The position numbers were made by a program, and so were the translations under genes. Shown here piece after piece: positions 7,642-16,248 of a stretch of 33,701 nucleotides of DNA. The stretch lies in NCBI GenBank assembly GCA_000992015.1, contig LBSQ01000019.1, positions 1 to 33,701 of the forward strand, given 5' to 3'. Below the pieces are notes generated by a model. That model searched no databases, had not been told where the DNA came from, and saw only the letters and a list, made by a program, of their open reading frames with translations. This DNA comes from Parcubacteria group bacterium GW2011_GWA2_37_10. GTDB taxonomy: Bacteria > Patescibacteriota > Minisyncoccia > Minisyncoccales > Staskawiczbacteraceae. The first letter of the stretch is position 1. Every line of letters begins with the position of its first letter.

Positions 7642-8130
7642 TTATAAAATTTTAGAGAGATATTTTTTAAATTCAATCTGGTCTTTGATACTATTTCTGA
7701 CTTCAATGGCAATGCATTTTCCAAATAAAAATTTTGGCAGAGTTTTTAAATAATCAAAGTTATTCAAGTTCTCAATTGTGTGCATATCGCAATTTGTTTT
7801 AAGGTTCCAGCCGTTTAAGTGATTACAGTCAAAATATTTTTTTAAATTTTTCTTTTCAAAAACATATTCAAAATCTTTACTTAATTTTTCCATTCCAACT
7901 TTAAAATGCGCCAAATCCACGCAAAATCCTCCGATTTTTTCTATTTTAACTTTTTTTGAAACAAAATTGTCAAAATTCATTTCAAGATATAAATTTTTGT
8001 AGAGTCCCTTCCATTTTTTTATATCGTCTCTGACAAAATTTTCCTCATGAATGGTGAAATATTTTGTTTTAAATTTTTTTCTCAAAAATTCCAGTTCAGT
8101 TTTTTCCATATCGTGCCGTATATGAACCAA
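7642..8130 (-). CDS. hypothetical protein (the ATG at 8109 is the more likely start than the TTG at 8130)
   Basis: A long AT-rich ORF with host-like composition. No family recognised. Confidence 0.6.
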   Translation of the reverse strand: MVHIRHDMEKTELEFLRKKFKTKYFTIHEENFVRDDIKKWKGLYKNLYLEMNFDNFVSKKVKIEKIGGFCVDLAHFKVGMEKLSKDFEYVFEKKNLKKYFDCNHLNGWNLKTNCDMHTIENLNNFDYLKTLPKFLFGKCIAIEVRNSIKDQIEFKKYLSKIL

Positions 8131-8286
8131 CGGATTATTTTTAATTTTTGCTAATTTTTAACAGCAAATCGTCCGGTTTTTCGCCGGTTAGTCCAATCAA
8201 TATTTTGTTCGATATTTTTTTTGCCATATTATAGAAATTATACACTAAAAAATGCGCACTTGCCAATAGTGAATTTTTGAGATAAT

Positions 8287-9576
8287 ATGAAACATACAAA
8301 CAATTTAATGAATGAAAAATTTGTTATAAACGGTGGAAGAAGATTGCAGGGGACGATTGAGGTTATGGGCTCGAAAAATGCGGCCTTTCCGGTTTTGGTT
8401 GCAACAATGCTTACAAAAGAACCCTGCGTTATCGGAAATATCCCATTAGTGGAAGATGTTTTAAAAATGATCGGCATTTTGGAAAAAATGGGAGCAGATG
8501 TTGAATGGTTAGGCGCGAATAAAATAAAAATAACCTGCAAGAATATTGATCCCAAAAAATTTCCTCACGATATCATCGGCCATTTTAGAGGATCTGTTCT
8601 GTTGTGGGGAGTTTTACTGGCAAGGTTTGATAATTTTAAAACTGCAACTCCCGGCGGATGCATTATCGGAGCAAGGCCATTGGATACTCATTTCGACGTA
8701 TTTTTACAAATGGGAGTTGGCATCAAACACAGTGGAAAATTTTATAATTTTGCTAAAATAGGAAAATCGGAAAAAACGCAGGAAATTATTCTGGATGAAT
8801 TTTCAGTCACAGCAACAGAAAATGTTTTACTGTTTGCCGCCGGTTTAAATAAAAAAACAATTTTAAAAATTGCCGACCAGGATTATCAGGTCCAGGAAGT
8901 GGCAAAAGTTTTAAAAAAAATGGGAGCCAAAATAAAAATAGCAGGCCCGCATATTTTTGAAATTAAGGGATCGGAAAAATTAAAAGGTTTTACCCATCAA
9001 ATTGTTTCTGACCCAATTGAGGCCGGCACGTTTATTCTTTTGGCTTTGGCAACAAAAGGAGAGGTTTTAGTAAAAAATGTTGAACTGGGTCATTTAACGC
9101 TTTTTTTTAAAAAATTAAAAAGTTTCGGCGCTAATTTTGAATTTGTTGATAATAATTCAGTAAGGGTTCTTTTGTCGCCAAAACTCATAATAACCAAAAT
9201 TCAAAGCATGCCATATCCTGGAATACAGCCGGACTTGCAACCCATATTTGGGGTTTTGGCAACGCAGACAAAAGGCGGAACCTTAATTCACGATCCGCTT
9301 TATGAGGGCAGGTTGAAATATTTGGAAGAATTAAATAAAATGGGAGCAGATATAATTTTTTGCGATCCACACAGGGCAATTATCAATGGTCCGACGCATT
9401 TAAGGGGGATTGAAGTGCCAAGTTTGGATTTAAGGGCCGGGGCCGCGCTAATTATTGCCGGCTTGATAGCGCAGGGGACTACGACAATAAATAATGCGTA
9501 TCAGGTGGACAGGGGATATGAAAAAATTGAAGAAAGATTGCAAAAAATTGGAGCAGATATAAGGCGTGTAAAATAA
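8287..9576 (+). CDS. murA: UDP-N-acetylglucosamine 1-carboxyvinyltransferase
   Basis: Full-length MurA pattern (GGRRLQGTIEV.GSKNAA.P...A..L), the active-site loop PGGCIIGARPLD, and C-terminal VDRGYE.IEE.L..LGA.I.R. Confidence 0.95.
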   Translation: MKHTNNLMNEKFVINGGRRLQGTIEVMGSKNAAFPVLVATMLTKEPCVIGNIPLVEDVLKMIGILEKMGADVEWLGANKIKITCKNIDPKKFPHDIIGHFRGSVLLWGVLLARFDNFKTATPGGCIIGARPLDTHFDVFLQMGVGIKHSGKFYNFAKIGKSEKTQEIILDEFSVTATENVLLFAAGLNKKTILKIADQDYQVQEVAKVLKKMGAKIKIAGPHIFEIKGSEKLKGFTHQIVSDPIEAGTFILLALATKGEVLVKNVELGHLTLFFKKLKSFGANFEFVDNNSVRVLLSPKLIITKIQSMPYPGIQPDLQPIFGVLATQTKGGTLIHDPLYEGRLKYLEELNKMGADIIFCDPHRAIINGPTHLRGIEVPSLDLRAGAALIIAGLIAQGTTTINNAYQVDRGYEKIEERLQKIGADIRRVK

Positions 9577-9589
9577 ATTAAAATTAGTT

Positions 9590-10597
9590 ATGTTTAACAC
9601 TAAAATAGCAATTGATTTGGGAACCTGCAACTCACTGGTTCATGTGCGGGGCAAGGGCATTGTTTTGAATGAGCCGTCGGTTGTTGCTGTTTCGTTAATT
9701 GACAATAAAATTTTAGCAGTGGGGGAGCCGGCAAAAGAAATGATAGGCCGTACGCCGGCAGATATAAAAGTTTACAGGCCGTTAAAAGATGGAGTTATTG
9801 CTGACTATAGAGTAACGCAAGCAATGATGCGTTATTTTATTACAAGGTCAACTAAAAATTTCAGGTTGTTTAAGCCGGAATTGGTGGTGTCTGTGCCTGC
9901 GGGAATTACAAGCACGGAAAGAAGAGCAGTTATTGAGGCGGCTATGTCAGCTGGGGCGAAACAGGCTTTTGTGGCGAAAGAGCCCATTTTGGCGGCAATT
10001 GGAGCCGGAATACCCATTAATTCGTGTTCCGGACATATGATTATAAATATCGGAGGGGGAACCTCTGAAGTAGCAGTAATTTCTTTGGGAGGAATAGTAA
10101 CGGTTCATTCTGTAAGAGTTGCCGGAGATAAAATAGATGTAGCTATCGCTGAGTATATAAAGAAAAAATATAATTTAGCCATAGGGTCACAGTCAGCTGA
10201 GGAAATAAAAATTAAAGTCGGCACGGCTCTTCCGCAAAGAGAATTAAAATTTTTAGAAATTCAAGGCAGAGATTTGATTTTAGGCTTGCCGAGAAATATC
10301 AAAATATCAAACAACGAAGTCTGCGAAGCGATTTCAGACGTGCTGACGGAAATTGTGCAAGCCGCCAAAATAGTTTTGTCTGAAACTCCTCCTGAACTTT
10401 CTGCTGATATAATGAACAAAGGAATTATAATGTCCGGAGGAGGCTCATTGTTGCCGAAAATAAACGAATTGGTAGCTCAAAGCACAGGAGTTCCTTGTTT
10501 CGTTGCCGAGGAGCCGTTGTTTTGCGTGATAAAAGGAACAGGATTGGTTCTTGAACATTTGCCTGAATATAAAAAAGTTGTAATGAGCAAAAAGTAA
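9590..10597 (+). CDS. mreB: rod-shape-determining actin homologue MreB (paralogue 1)
   Basis: IAIDLGTCNSLV...NEPSVVA...GRTP...RPL.DGVIAD, with INIGGGTSEVAVISLGG and GGGSLL motifs. Confidence 0.93.
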   Translation: MFNTKIAIDLGTCNSLVHVRGKGIVLNEPSVVAVSLIDNKILAVGEPAKEMIGRTPADIKVYRPLKDGVIADYRVTQAMMRYFITRSTKNFRLFKPELVVSVPAGITSTERRAVIEAAMSAGAKQAFVAKEPILAAIGAGIPINSCSGHMIINIGGGTSEVAVISLGGIVTVHSVRVAGDKIDVAIAEYIKKKYNLAIGSQSAEEIKIKVGTALPQRELKFLEIQGRDLILGLPRNIKISNNEVCEAISDVLTEIVQAAKIVLSETPPELSADIMNKGIIMSGGGSLLPKINELVAQSTGVPCFVAEEPLFCVIKGTGLVLEHLPEYKKVVMSKK

Positions 10598-10606
10598 TTT
10601 TAATTT

Positions 10607-11419
10607 ATGCTAATTGGGCACCAAAAACAGTGGAATTTTTTGAAGAGAAAATATGAAACAGGGCAATTGTCTCATGCGTATTTATTTGTTGGAGCAAACG
10701 GAATCGGTAAAAAATTATTTGCAAAAGAATTTGCCGGATTTATCGGCTACAAGTTTCCGGATTTGATGGTTGTTGCCGCCTCGCCAGAAGGCGAGGCGAG
10801 CCTCGCCCCAAAGGGGCGGGAGACCGAAATACCAATCGCAAAAATCAGGGAAGTTCAAAATTTCTTGGCATACAAATCTTATAATGGCGGTTTCAAAATT
10901 GTGATTATTGATAATGCGCACTTGATGAACCATGAAGCGCAGAGCTGTTTTTTAAAAACGCTTGAAGAACCGAAAGGAGAAACGGTTTTATTTTTAATCT
11001 CCTCAAAGCCGGATATGCTTTTGCCGACGATTTTTTCACGATGCCAGACAGTTAAATTTTTTAAGCCCAAAAATTTGCCGGAAAATTCAGAAAAATCAGT
11101 AAAAGAGCAAGAGTTGTTAAAGGGTCTGCTTGCTGTGGTTGGAACTAATTTTGCGGATAAATTTAAATATGTAAAATTAATTGATTTTGAAAAGCAAGAT
11201 GCCGGTGAAATTGTGGAAGTTTTGCAGAAATATTTAAGGCATTTATTAATGGTTAAAATCGGAGCAGAACAGTCAGACCCGAAAGATGTCGGTTTTTTGA
11301 AGTATTCTTTTACCGAAATTAAAAAAGCAATAAACGTGTCAGAAGATATAAGCAGTAAATTGCTTTTTACCAATGCCAACCAAAAATTGGCGATAGAAAT
11401 ATTATTAATGGAAATTTAA
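10607..11419 (+). CDS. holB: DNA polymerase III subunit delta prime
   Basis: HAYLF.G..GIGK P-loop-like motif, VIIDNAH..N..AQ..FLKTLEEP, and the SRC motif (FSRCQ). Confidence 0.85.
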   Translation: MLIGHQKQWNFLKRKYETGQLSHAYLFVGANGIGKKLFAKEFAGFIGYKFPDLMVVAASPEGEASLAPKGRETEIPIAKIREVQNFLAYKSYNGGFKIVIIDNAHLMNHEAQSCFLKTLEEPKGETVLFLISSKPDMLLPTIFSRCQTVKFFKPKNLPENSEKSVKEQELLKGLLAVVGTNFADKFKYVKLIDFEKQDAGEIVEVLQKYLRHLLMVKIGAEQSDPKDVGFLKYSFTEIKKAINVSEDISSKLLFTNANQKLAIEILLMEI

Positions 11420-11420
11420 T

Positions 11421-11975
11421 ATGAGTTATAAAGAATTTATTGATAAAGCAAAACCGGAGTTTGAAAAAGCATTTAAGTTTTTTGACGGCGAAATTGCAAA
11501 AATTAGGACATCAAGGGCATCGCCGGCATTAGTTGAGGATATAACCGTAGATGCTTTTGGTTCAAAATTTGCCCTAAAACAATTGGGAGCCATCTCCACG
11601 GCTCAAACAAACCAGATTGTCATTCAGCCATGGGATATCTCGTATGTTGAGCCGATACAAAAAGCAATTTCACAATCAGGGCTCGGAATGTCTTCGGCCG
11701 TTGACAAAAATGTAATAAGGCTAAGTCTGCCCCTTTTGACAGAGGAATATAGGCAAGGTTTGGCTAAAATTCTTGGCGAAAAGGCGGAGCAATGCAAACA
11801 GACAATAAGGCGCCAAAGAGAGGACGTGTGGAACAAAATTCAGGATGCGCAAAAAGAAAAGAAGATTTCAGAAGACGACAAATTCAGAGGCAAGGACGAA
11901 CTTCAAAAACTTATTGACGAATATAACGAAAAAATAAAAAATTTAGTGGAAAAAAAGAAAAACGAACTTATTTAA
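11421..11975 (+). CDS. frr: ribosome recycling factor
   Basis: KIRTSRASPALVEDI.VD.FG....LKQLG.IS......I.I.PWD and IRL.LP.LTEE.R....K motifs. Confidence 0.95.
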   Translation: MSYKEFIDKAKPEFEKAFKFFDGEIAKIRTSRASPALVEDITVDAFGSKFALKQLGAISTAQTNQIVIQPWDISYVEPIQKAISQSGLGMSSAVDKNVIRLSLPLLTEEYRQGLAKILGEKAEQCKQTIRRQREDVWNKIQDAQKEKKISEDDKFRGKDELQKLIDEYNEKIKNLVEKKKNELI

Positions 11976-11976
11976 T

Positions 11977-13080
11977 ATGATATCTTCAATTTTAACCTTA
12001 GTAATAGCCTTTTTTAGTTTAATTGCCCTGATGGTTATTCATGAATTCGGGCATTTTATTGTCGCAAAAAAATTCGGCGTCAGGGTTGATGAATTCGGGA
12101 TCGGATATCCGCCCAGAATTTTTGGCAAAAAAATCGGAGAAACAATTTATTCAATAAATTGGTTGCCATTGGGGGCGTTTGTCAGAATTTATGGAGAGGA
12201 AGGAGGGGTAGATGATTATAGAAGTTTTGTAGGATTAAAAATTTGGAAAAGAGTTCTTATTGTTATTGGAGGAGTTGTTGCATTCTGGATCGCTTCTATT
12301 ATTTTATTTTCAATAGTTTTTGCTATGGGAGCGGATATTCCCATTGGAGATCAAGATATTCAGGGCGTGGCAGGCGCGCAAGTTAAAATTATTGCGGTTG
12401 AGTCTGACTCGCCGGCAGAAAGAGCGGGACTAAAGGCAGGCGACTCGTTGTTGGGATTTAAAAAAATAGCGGATTTCCAAGATTTTACAAAGCAGCATGC
12501 CGGCGAAAAAATTGATTTAAAAATTGGGAGAGAAAATAAAACTCTTGATATTTTTTTAACACCGCGGGTAAATCCCGAGGTAGGTCAAGGCGCAATTGGA
12601 ATCGGGCTTGAGAGACTGGCAACGTTTATTAAAAAATATCCGTGGTACGAAGCTCCGATTCAGGGGGCGATTTACACGTGGCAAACCACGGCAAACGGTT
12701 TTACCAGTCTTTACGGCGTTTTTGCAAATATGTTTTCAGGAAAAGGTGTTCCCCAAGGAGCAGAACTCGCTGGGCCGTTGGGGATCACAGTATTTTTAGC
12801 GAGAGCAGTTGATTATGGGCCCGGATTTTTTCTGTATTTTATCGGAACCATTTCAGTTTTTGTAGCAATATTCAATCTGTTTCCTATCCCGGCTTTAGAC
12901 GGGGGGAAATTGATATTTTTGGCAGTTGAAAAAATAATGAAAAAACCCGTTCCTGCAAAAATAGAACAAAACATAACTGTAGTATTTTTTATTTTGTTGA
13001 TTTCCTTGTCTATTTTTGTAACAATAAGGTTTGATATTCCGAGGTTTTCTGACTTTTTAAAGTCTAGTTTGCAAAGGTAA
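11977..13080 (+). CDS. rseP: RIP (site-2) zinc metalloprotease, M50 family, with a PDZ domain
   Basis: HEFGHF..AK..GV.V.EF.IG.P HExxH motif, a PDZ-like segment (SPAERAGLKAGD), a C-terminal NLFPIPALDGG motif and multiple TM helices. Confidence 0.9.
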   Translation: MISSILTLVIAFFSLIALMVIHEFGHFIVAKKFGVRVDEFGIGYPPRIFGKKIGETIYSINWLPLGAFVRIYGEEGGVDDYRSFVGLKIWKRVLIVIGGVVAFWIASIILFSIVFAMGADIPIGDQDIQGVAGAQVKIIAVESDSPAERAGLKAGDSLLGFKKIADFQDFTKQHAGEKIDLKIGRENKTLDIFLTPRVNPEVGQGAIGIGLERLATFIKKYPWYEAPIQGAIYTWQTTANGFTSLYGVFANMFSGKGVPQGAELAGPLGITVFLARAVDYGPGFFLYFIGTISVFVAIFNLFPIPALDGGKLIFLAVEKIMKKPVPAKIEQNITVVFFILLISLSIFVTIRFDIPRFSDFLKSSLQR

Positions 13081-13089
13081 ATATTTATT

Positions 13090-14151
13090 ATGTTTAAAAA
13101 ACTTTTTTCATTTTTATCGGTTGATATGGCGATTGATTTAGGGACTGCAAATTCTTTGGTTTATGTAAAAGATCGGGGGATAATTATTAACGAGCCATCG
13201 GTTGTTGCGGTAAATAACAAGTCCGGGCAAATTTTAGCCATTGGAGAGGAGGCAAAAAAAATGGTTGGCAGAACGCCTTCTTATATCACAGCCACAAGAC
13301 CCTTGGTCAATGGCGTCATTTCTGATTTTGAGGTTACCGAGCAGATGTTAAAATATTTTATTGAAAAAGCGGCCGCTTCTACCAAAAAAATATTCGGCAT
13401 GGGATATCTGCCGAGAGTAATTATCGGAATTCCCTGCGGAGTTACAGAAGTTGAAAGAAAAGCAGTCAGAGATGCCGCTAAAAATGCCGGAGCCAGAACA
13501 GTTTTTTTAATTGAGGAGCCGTTGGCATCTGCTATCGGGGCGAAGCTTCCAATTCAGGAAGCGGGAGGAAATTTTGTTGTTGACATTGGCGGAGGAACCA
13601 CAGAAGTTGCGATAATTTCGCTGGGAGGAATTGTTGTTTTCAAGTCCTTAAGAGTTGCCGGCGACAAGCTCAACGATGATATTATCCAATTTGCCCAAAA
13701 AGAATACAAGTTGTTAATCGGCGAGCGGACCGCAGAATCCATTAAAATAAATATCGGTTCAGCGCTTCCCCTAAAAGAAAAAAAAGAAATGCCAATGCGC
13801 GGTAGAAATTTGGTAACAGGATTGCCTGAGGAGGTTGTTATTTTTAATGACGACGTTCAGCGTGCGTTAGAAAGATCAGTAAAGCAAATAATTACAGCGG
13901 TAAAAACAACAATTGAGGAAACTCCGCCGGAATTATTGGCCGATGTAATGACTAACGGGATTTATTTAGCGGGCGGCGGGTCGTTGTTAAGAGGGCTTGA
14001 TACGTTGATTGCGCGGGAAACAAAAATGCCCTGTAAAATCATTGACGACCCGTTAACATCCGTTGTGCGGGGAGCGGGCATCGCTTTAGAAAATATAGAA
14101 ACCCTGTCTGAAGTAATGTTAAAAGATGAGGACGTTGAGTCGCCGTGGTAG
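13090..14151 (+). CDS. mreB: rod-shape-determining actin homologue MreB (paralogue 2)
   Basis: MAIDLGTANSLVYV...NEPSVVA...GRTP...RPL.NGVISDF, with DIGGGTTEVAIISLGG and GGGSLLRGLD motifs. Confidence 0.93.
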   Translation: MFKKLFSFLSVDMAIDLGTANSLVYVKDRGIIINEPSVVAVNNKSGQILAIGEEAKKMVGRTPSYITATRPLVNGVISDFEVTEQMLKYFIEKAAASTKKIFGMGYLPRVIIGIPCGVTEVERKAVRDAAKNAGARTVFLIEEPLASAIGAKLPIQEAGGNFVVDIGGGTTEVAIISLGGIVVFKSLRVAGDKLNDDIIQFAQKEYKLLIGERTAESIKINIGSALPLKEKKEMPMRGRNLVTGLPEEVVIFNDDVQRALERSVKQIITAVKTTIEETPPELLADVMTNGIYLAGGGSLLRGLDTLIARETKMPCKIIDDPLTSVVRGAGIALENIETLSEVMLKDEDVESPW

Positions 14152-14176
14152 CGCTATAATTTGTTATTATAATTAA

Positions 14177-14461
14177 ATGATTTCAAAAGATGAAGTTAAG
14201 CGCATAGCGAAGTTGGCAAGATTGGAGTTAACCGATATTGAGATAACAAAAATGCAGAAAGATTTGTCCGCGATTTTGGATTATTTTAATTGGCTGAAGA
14301 AGGCGCCTAAAATAAAAACAGGCGGAGAACGGGTCTTCGCAGAAAATTCGGCGCTCAGAAGGGATGAAGCGATACCGCAGAGGAGGGAAGTGGTTGAAAA
14401 AATAATTGCATCAGTTCCCGATAAGAAAGATGATTATATAAAAGTTAAGACAATTTTGTAA
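14177..14461 (+). CDS. gatC: Asp/Glu-tRNA amidotransferase subunit C
   Basis: V..IAKLARLELTD.E.......L..IL.YF..L pattern, about 94 aa, immediately upstream of gatA. Confidence 0.9.
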   Translation: MISKDEVKRIAKLARLELTDIEITKMQKDLSAILDYFNWLKKAPKIKTGGERVFAENSALRRDEAIPQRREVVEKIIASVPDKKDDYIKVKTIL

Positions 14462-15894
14462 TGAACTTTACAGAACTAACAATTAAGCAAACCCACGAGG
14501 GATTAAAAAACAAAAAATTCTCAAGCAAAGAACTGACTTTAGCTTATTTGCAAAAAATTAAAAAAAGCGATTTGAATGCTTTTTTAATCATTACAGAGGG
14601 TCTGGCGTTAGCCGAGGCAGATGAGGCTGACAAAAAAATCGCCACCGGTAATTTTTCAGAATTAACCGGAGTTCCTTGCGCTATAAAAGATGCAATTTTG
14701 GTTGAGGGGGAAAAATGCACGGCGGGTTCAAAAATTTTAGAAAATTATGTTGCTCCGTACGACGCAACTGTTATAAAAAAACTAAAAGAGAAAGGCGCCG
14801 TTATTTTAGGAAAAACAAATACAGATGAATTTACCATGGGCGCGTCAACAGAAAATTCTGCCTTCGGCGTTACAAAAAATCCGCATGATAAAACAAGAGT
14901 TGCCGGAGGAAGTTCTGGAGGCTCGGCGGCGGCAGTTGCGGCAGATGAGGCGGTTTATTCCTTGGGTTCTGATACCGGGGGATCAATAAGGCAGCCTGCT
15001 TCATTTTGCGGAGTTGTTGGGTTATGTCCAACCTACGGCGCTGTTTCTAGATACGGCTTAATTGCTCACGCGTCTTCGTTTGACCAGATAGGGCCTTTTG
15101 GTAAAAATATTGATGACGTTAAAACAGTTTTTAATGCAATTTACGGAAAAGATAAGATGGACGCAACCAGCGCTAATTTAGAATTTAGAATTTCTAATTT
15201 AGAATTAAAGGGATGCCGTATTGGCGTGCCAAAGGAATATTTTATGAAAGGGATTGACAAAGATGTTGAAAAAATAATTAAAAATGCAGTTAAAAAAGCG
15301 GAGGACGGAGGAGCTGAAATTATAGAAATAAGTTTGCCGAGTTCAGAATACGCTTTGGCCTGTTATTATATACTTGGTCCCTCTGAAATATCAGCCAATT
15401 TGGCGCGCTTTGACGGGATAAAATACGGGTTGTCAGAGCCCGCGGAAAATTTATTAGACGTTTATTTAAAAAGCAGGGGAAGGGGACTAGGGGCAGAACC
15501 AAAAAGAAGAATTATGATTGGAACTTATTGTTTGTCATCTGGATATTATGATGCATATTACAAAAAGGCGCAGGAAGTTCGTGAATTAATTAAGCAAGAT
15601 TTTAAAAAAGCATTTGAGAAAGTTGATTTGCTGTTTTGCCCGGTTTCTCCTTTTCCGGCATTTAAAATTGGTGAAAAAGCAGATGACCCGATTTCTATGT
15701 ATTTGGCAGATATTTATACAGTAGCGGTTAAATTATCAGGATTGCCCGGTCTTTCTCTGCCCGCCGGGAAAATCGGAAATCCTTCGGCGGGCTCAGGACA
15801 TGACGGTTTGCCGGTTGGTTTGCAGATAATTGGAAACTATTTTAAAGAAAACAAAATTTTGGCAATTGCCTCTCAATTAGAAAAAATGCTATAA
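14461..15894 (+). CDS. gatA: Asp/Glu-tRNA amidotransferase subunit A
   Basis: Amidase signature GGSSGGSAAAVAA....SLGSDTGGSIRQPA, KD motif, and C-terminal GLP.GLQIIG. Confidence 0.96.
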   Translation: MNFTELTIKQTHEGLKNKKFSSKELTLAYLQKIKKSDLNAFLIITEGLALAEADEADKKIATGNFSELTGVPCAIKDAILVEGEKCTAGSKILENYVAPYDATVIKKLKEKGAVILGKTNTDEFTMGASTENSAFGVTKNPHDKTRVAGGSSGGSAAAVAADEAVYSLGSDTGGSIRQPASFCGVVGLCPTYGAVSRYGLIAHASSFDQIGPFGKNIDDVKTVFNAIYGKDKMDATSANLEFRISNLELKGCRIGVPKEYFMKGIDKDVEKIIKNAVKKAEDGGAEIIEISLPSSEYALACYYILGPSEISANLARFDGIKYGLSEPAENLLDVYLKSRGRGLGAEPKRRIMIGTYCLSSGYYDAYYKKAQEVRELIKQDFKKAFEKVDLLFCPVSPFPAFKIGEKADDPISMYLADIYTVAVKLSGLPGLSLPAGKIGNPSAGSGHDGLPVGLQIIGNYFKENKILAIASQLEKML

Positions 15895-15918
15895 TCAAAG
15901 AAGATATAAGGAACTAAT

Positions 15919-16248
15919 ATGGACGAACTGCTTAATGGCATTAGGTACAATTTTATAATTTCGAGCGAGCCGATAAACAAAAAACAAGCCGTTTTTGATA
16001 TAGAATCAATACACAAAGAAACAAAAAGAAAATCGTTTGTAACTAATGTAAATGCTTTATTATCTTTATTCAATGTAGATGGCGAAGACCCGAGGTTTTG
16101 GGAAAATGAGTGGATTTTAAAAAACAAAGAAATAAAAAAATTGATTTTCACCGCCAAAAAATATCTTTCTGATAAGAATTTCCTGTTCTATTTGGAAGAT
16201 TACCTTGATTTAGACAGGAAAGAATCAGAATGGGGAGGTTATGAATAA
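15919..16248 (+). CDS. hypothetical 109-aa protein, translationally coupled to the downstream methyltransferase
   Basis: The ORF overlaps the MTase start by 8 nt. No HTH or nuclease motif is evident. Confidence 0.5.
   Translation: MDELLNGIRYNFIISSEPINKKQAVFDIESIHKETKRKSFVTNVNALLSLFNVDGEDPRFWENEWILKNKEIKKLIFTAKKYLSDKNFLFYLEDYLDLDRKESEWGGYE

Noticed and set aside
8546-8761. Same-strand alternate-frame ORFs inside murA (8546-8761) and rseP (12596-12799).
   Set aside because: They are embedded in confidently identified genes and are out of frame, with no independent support.
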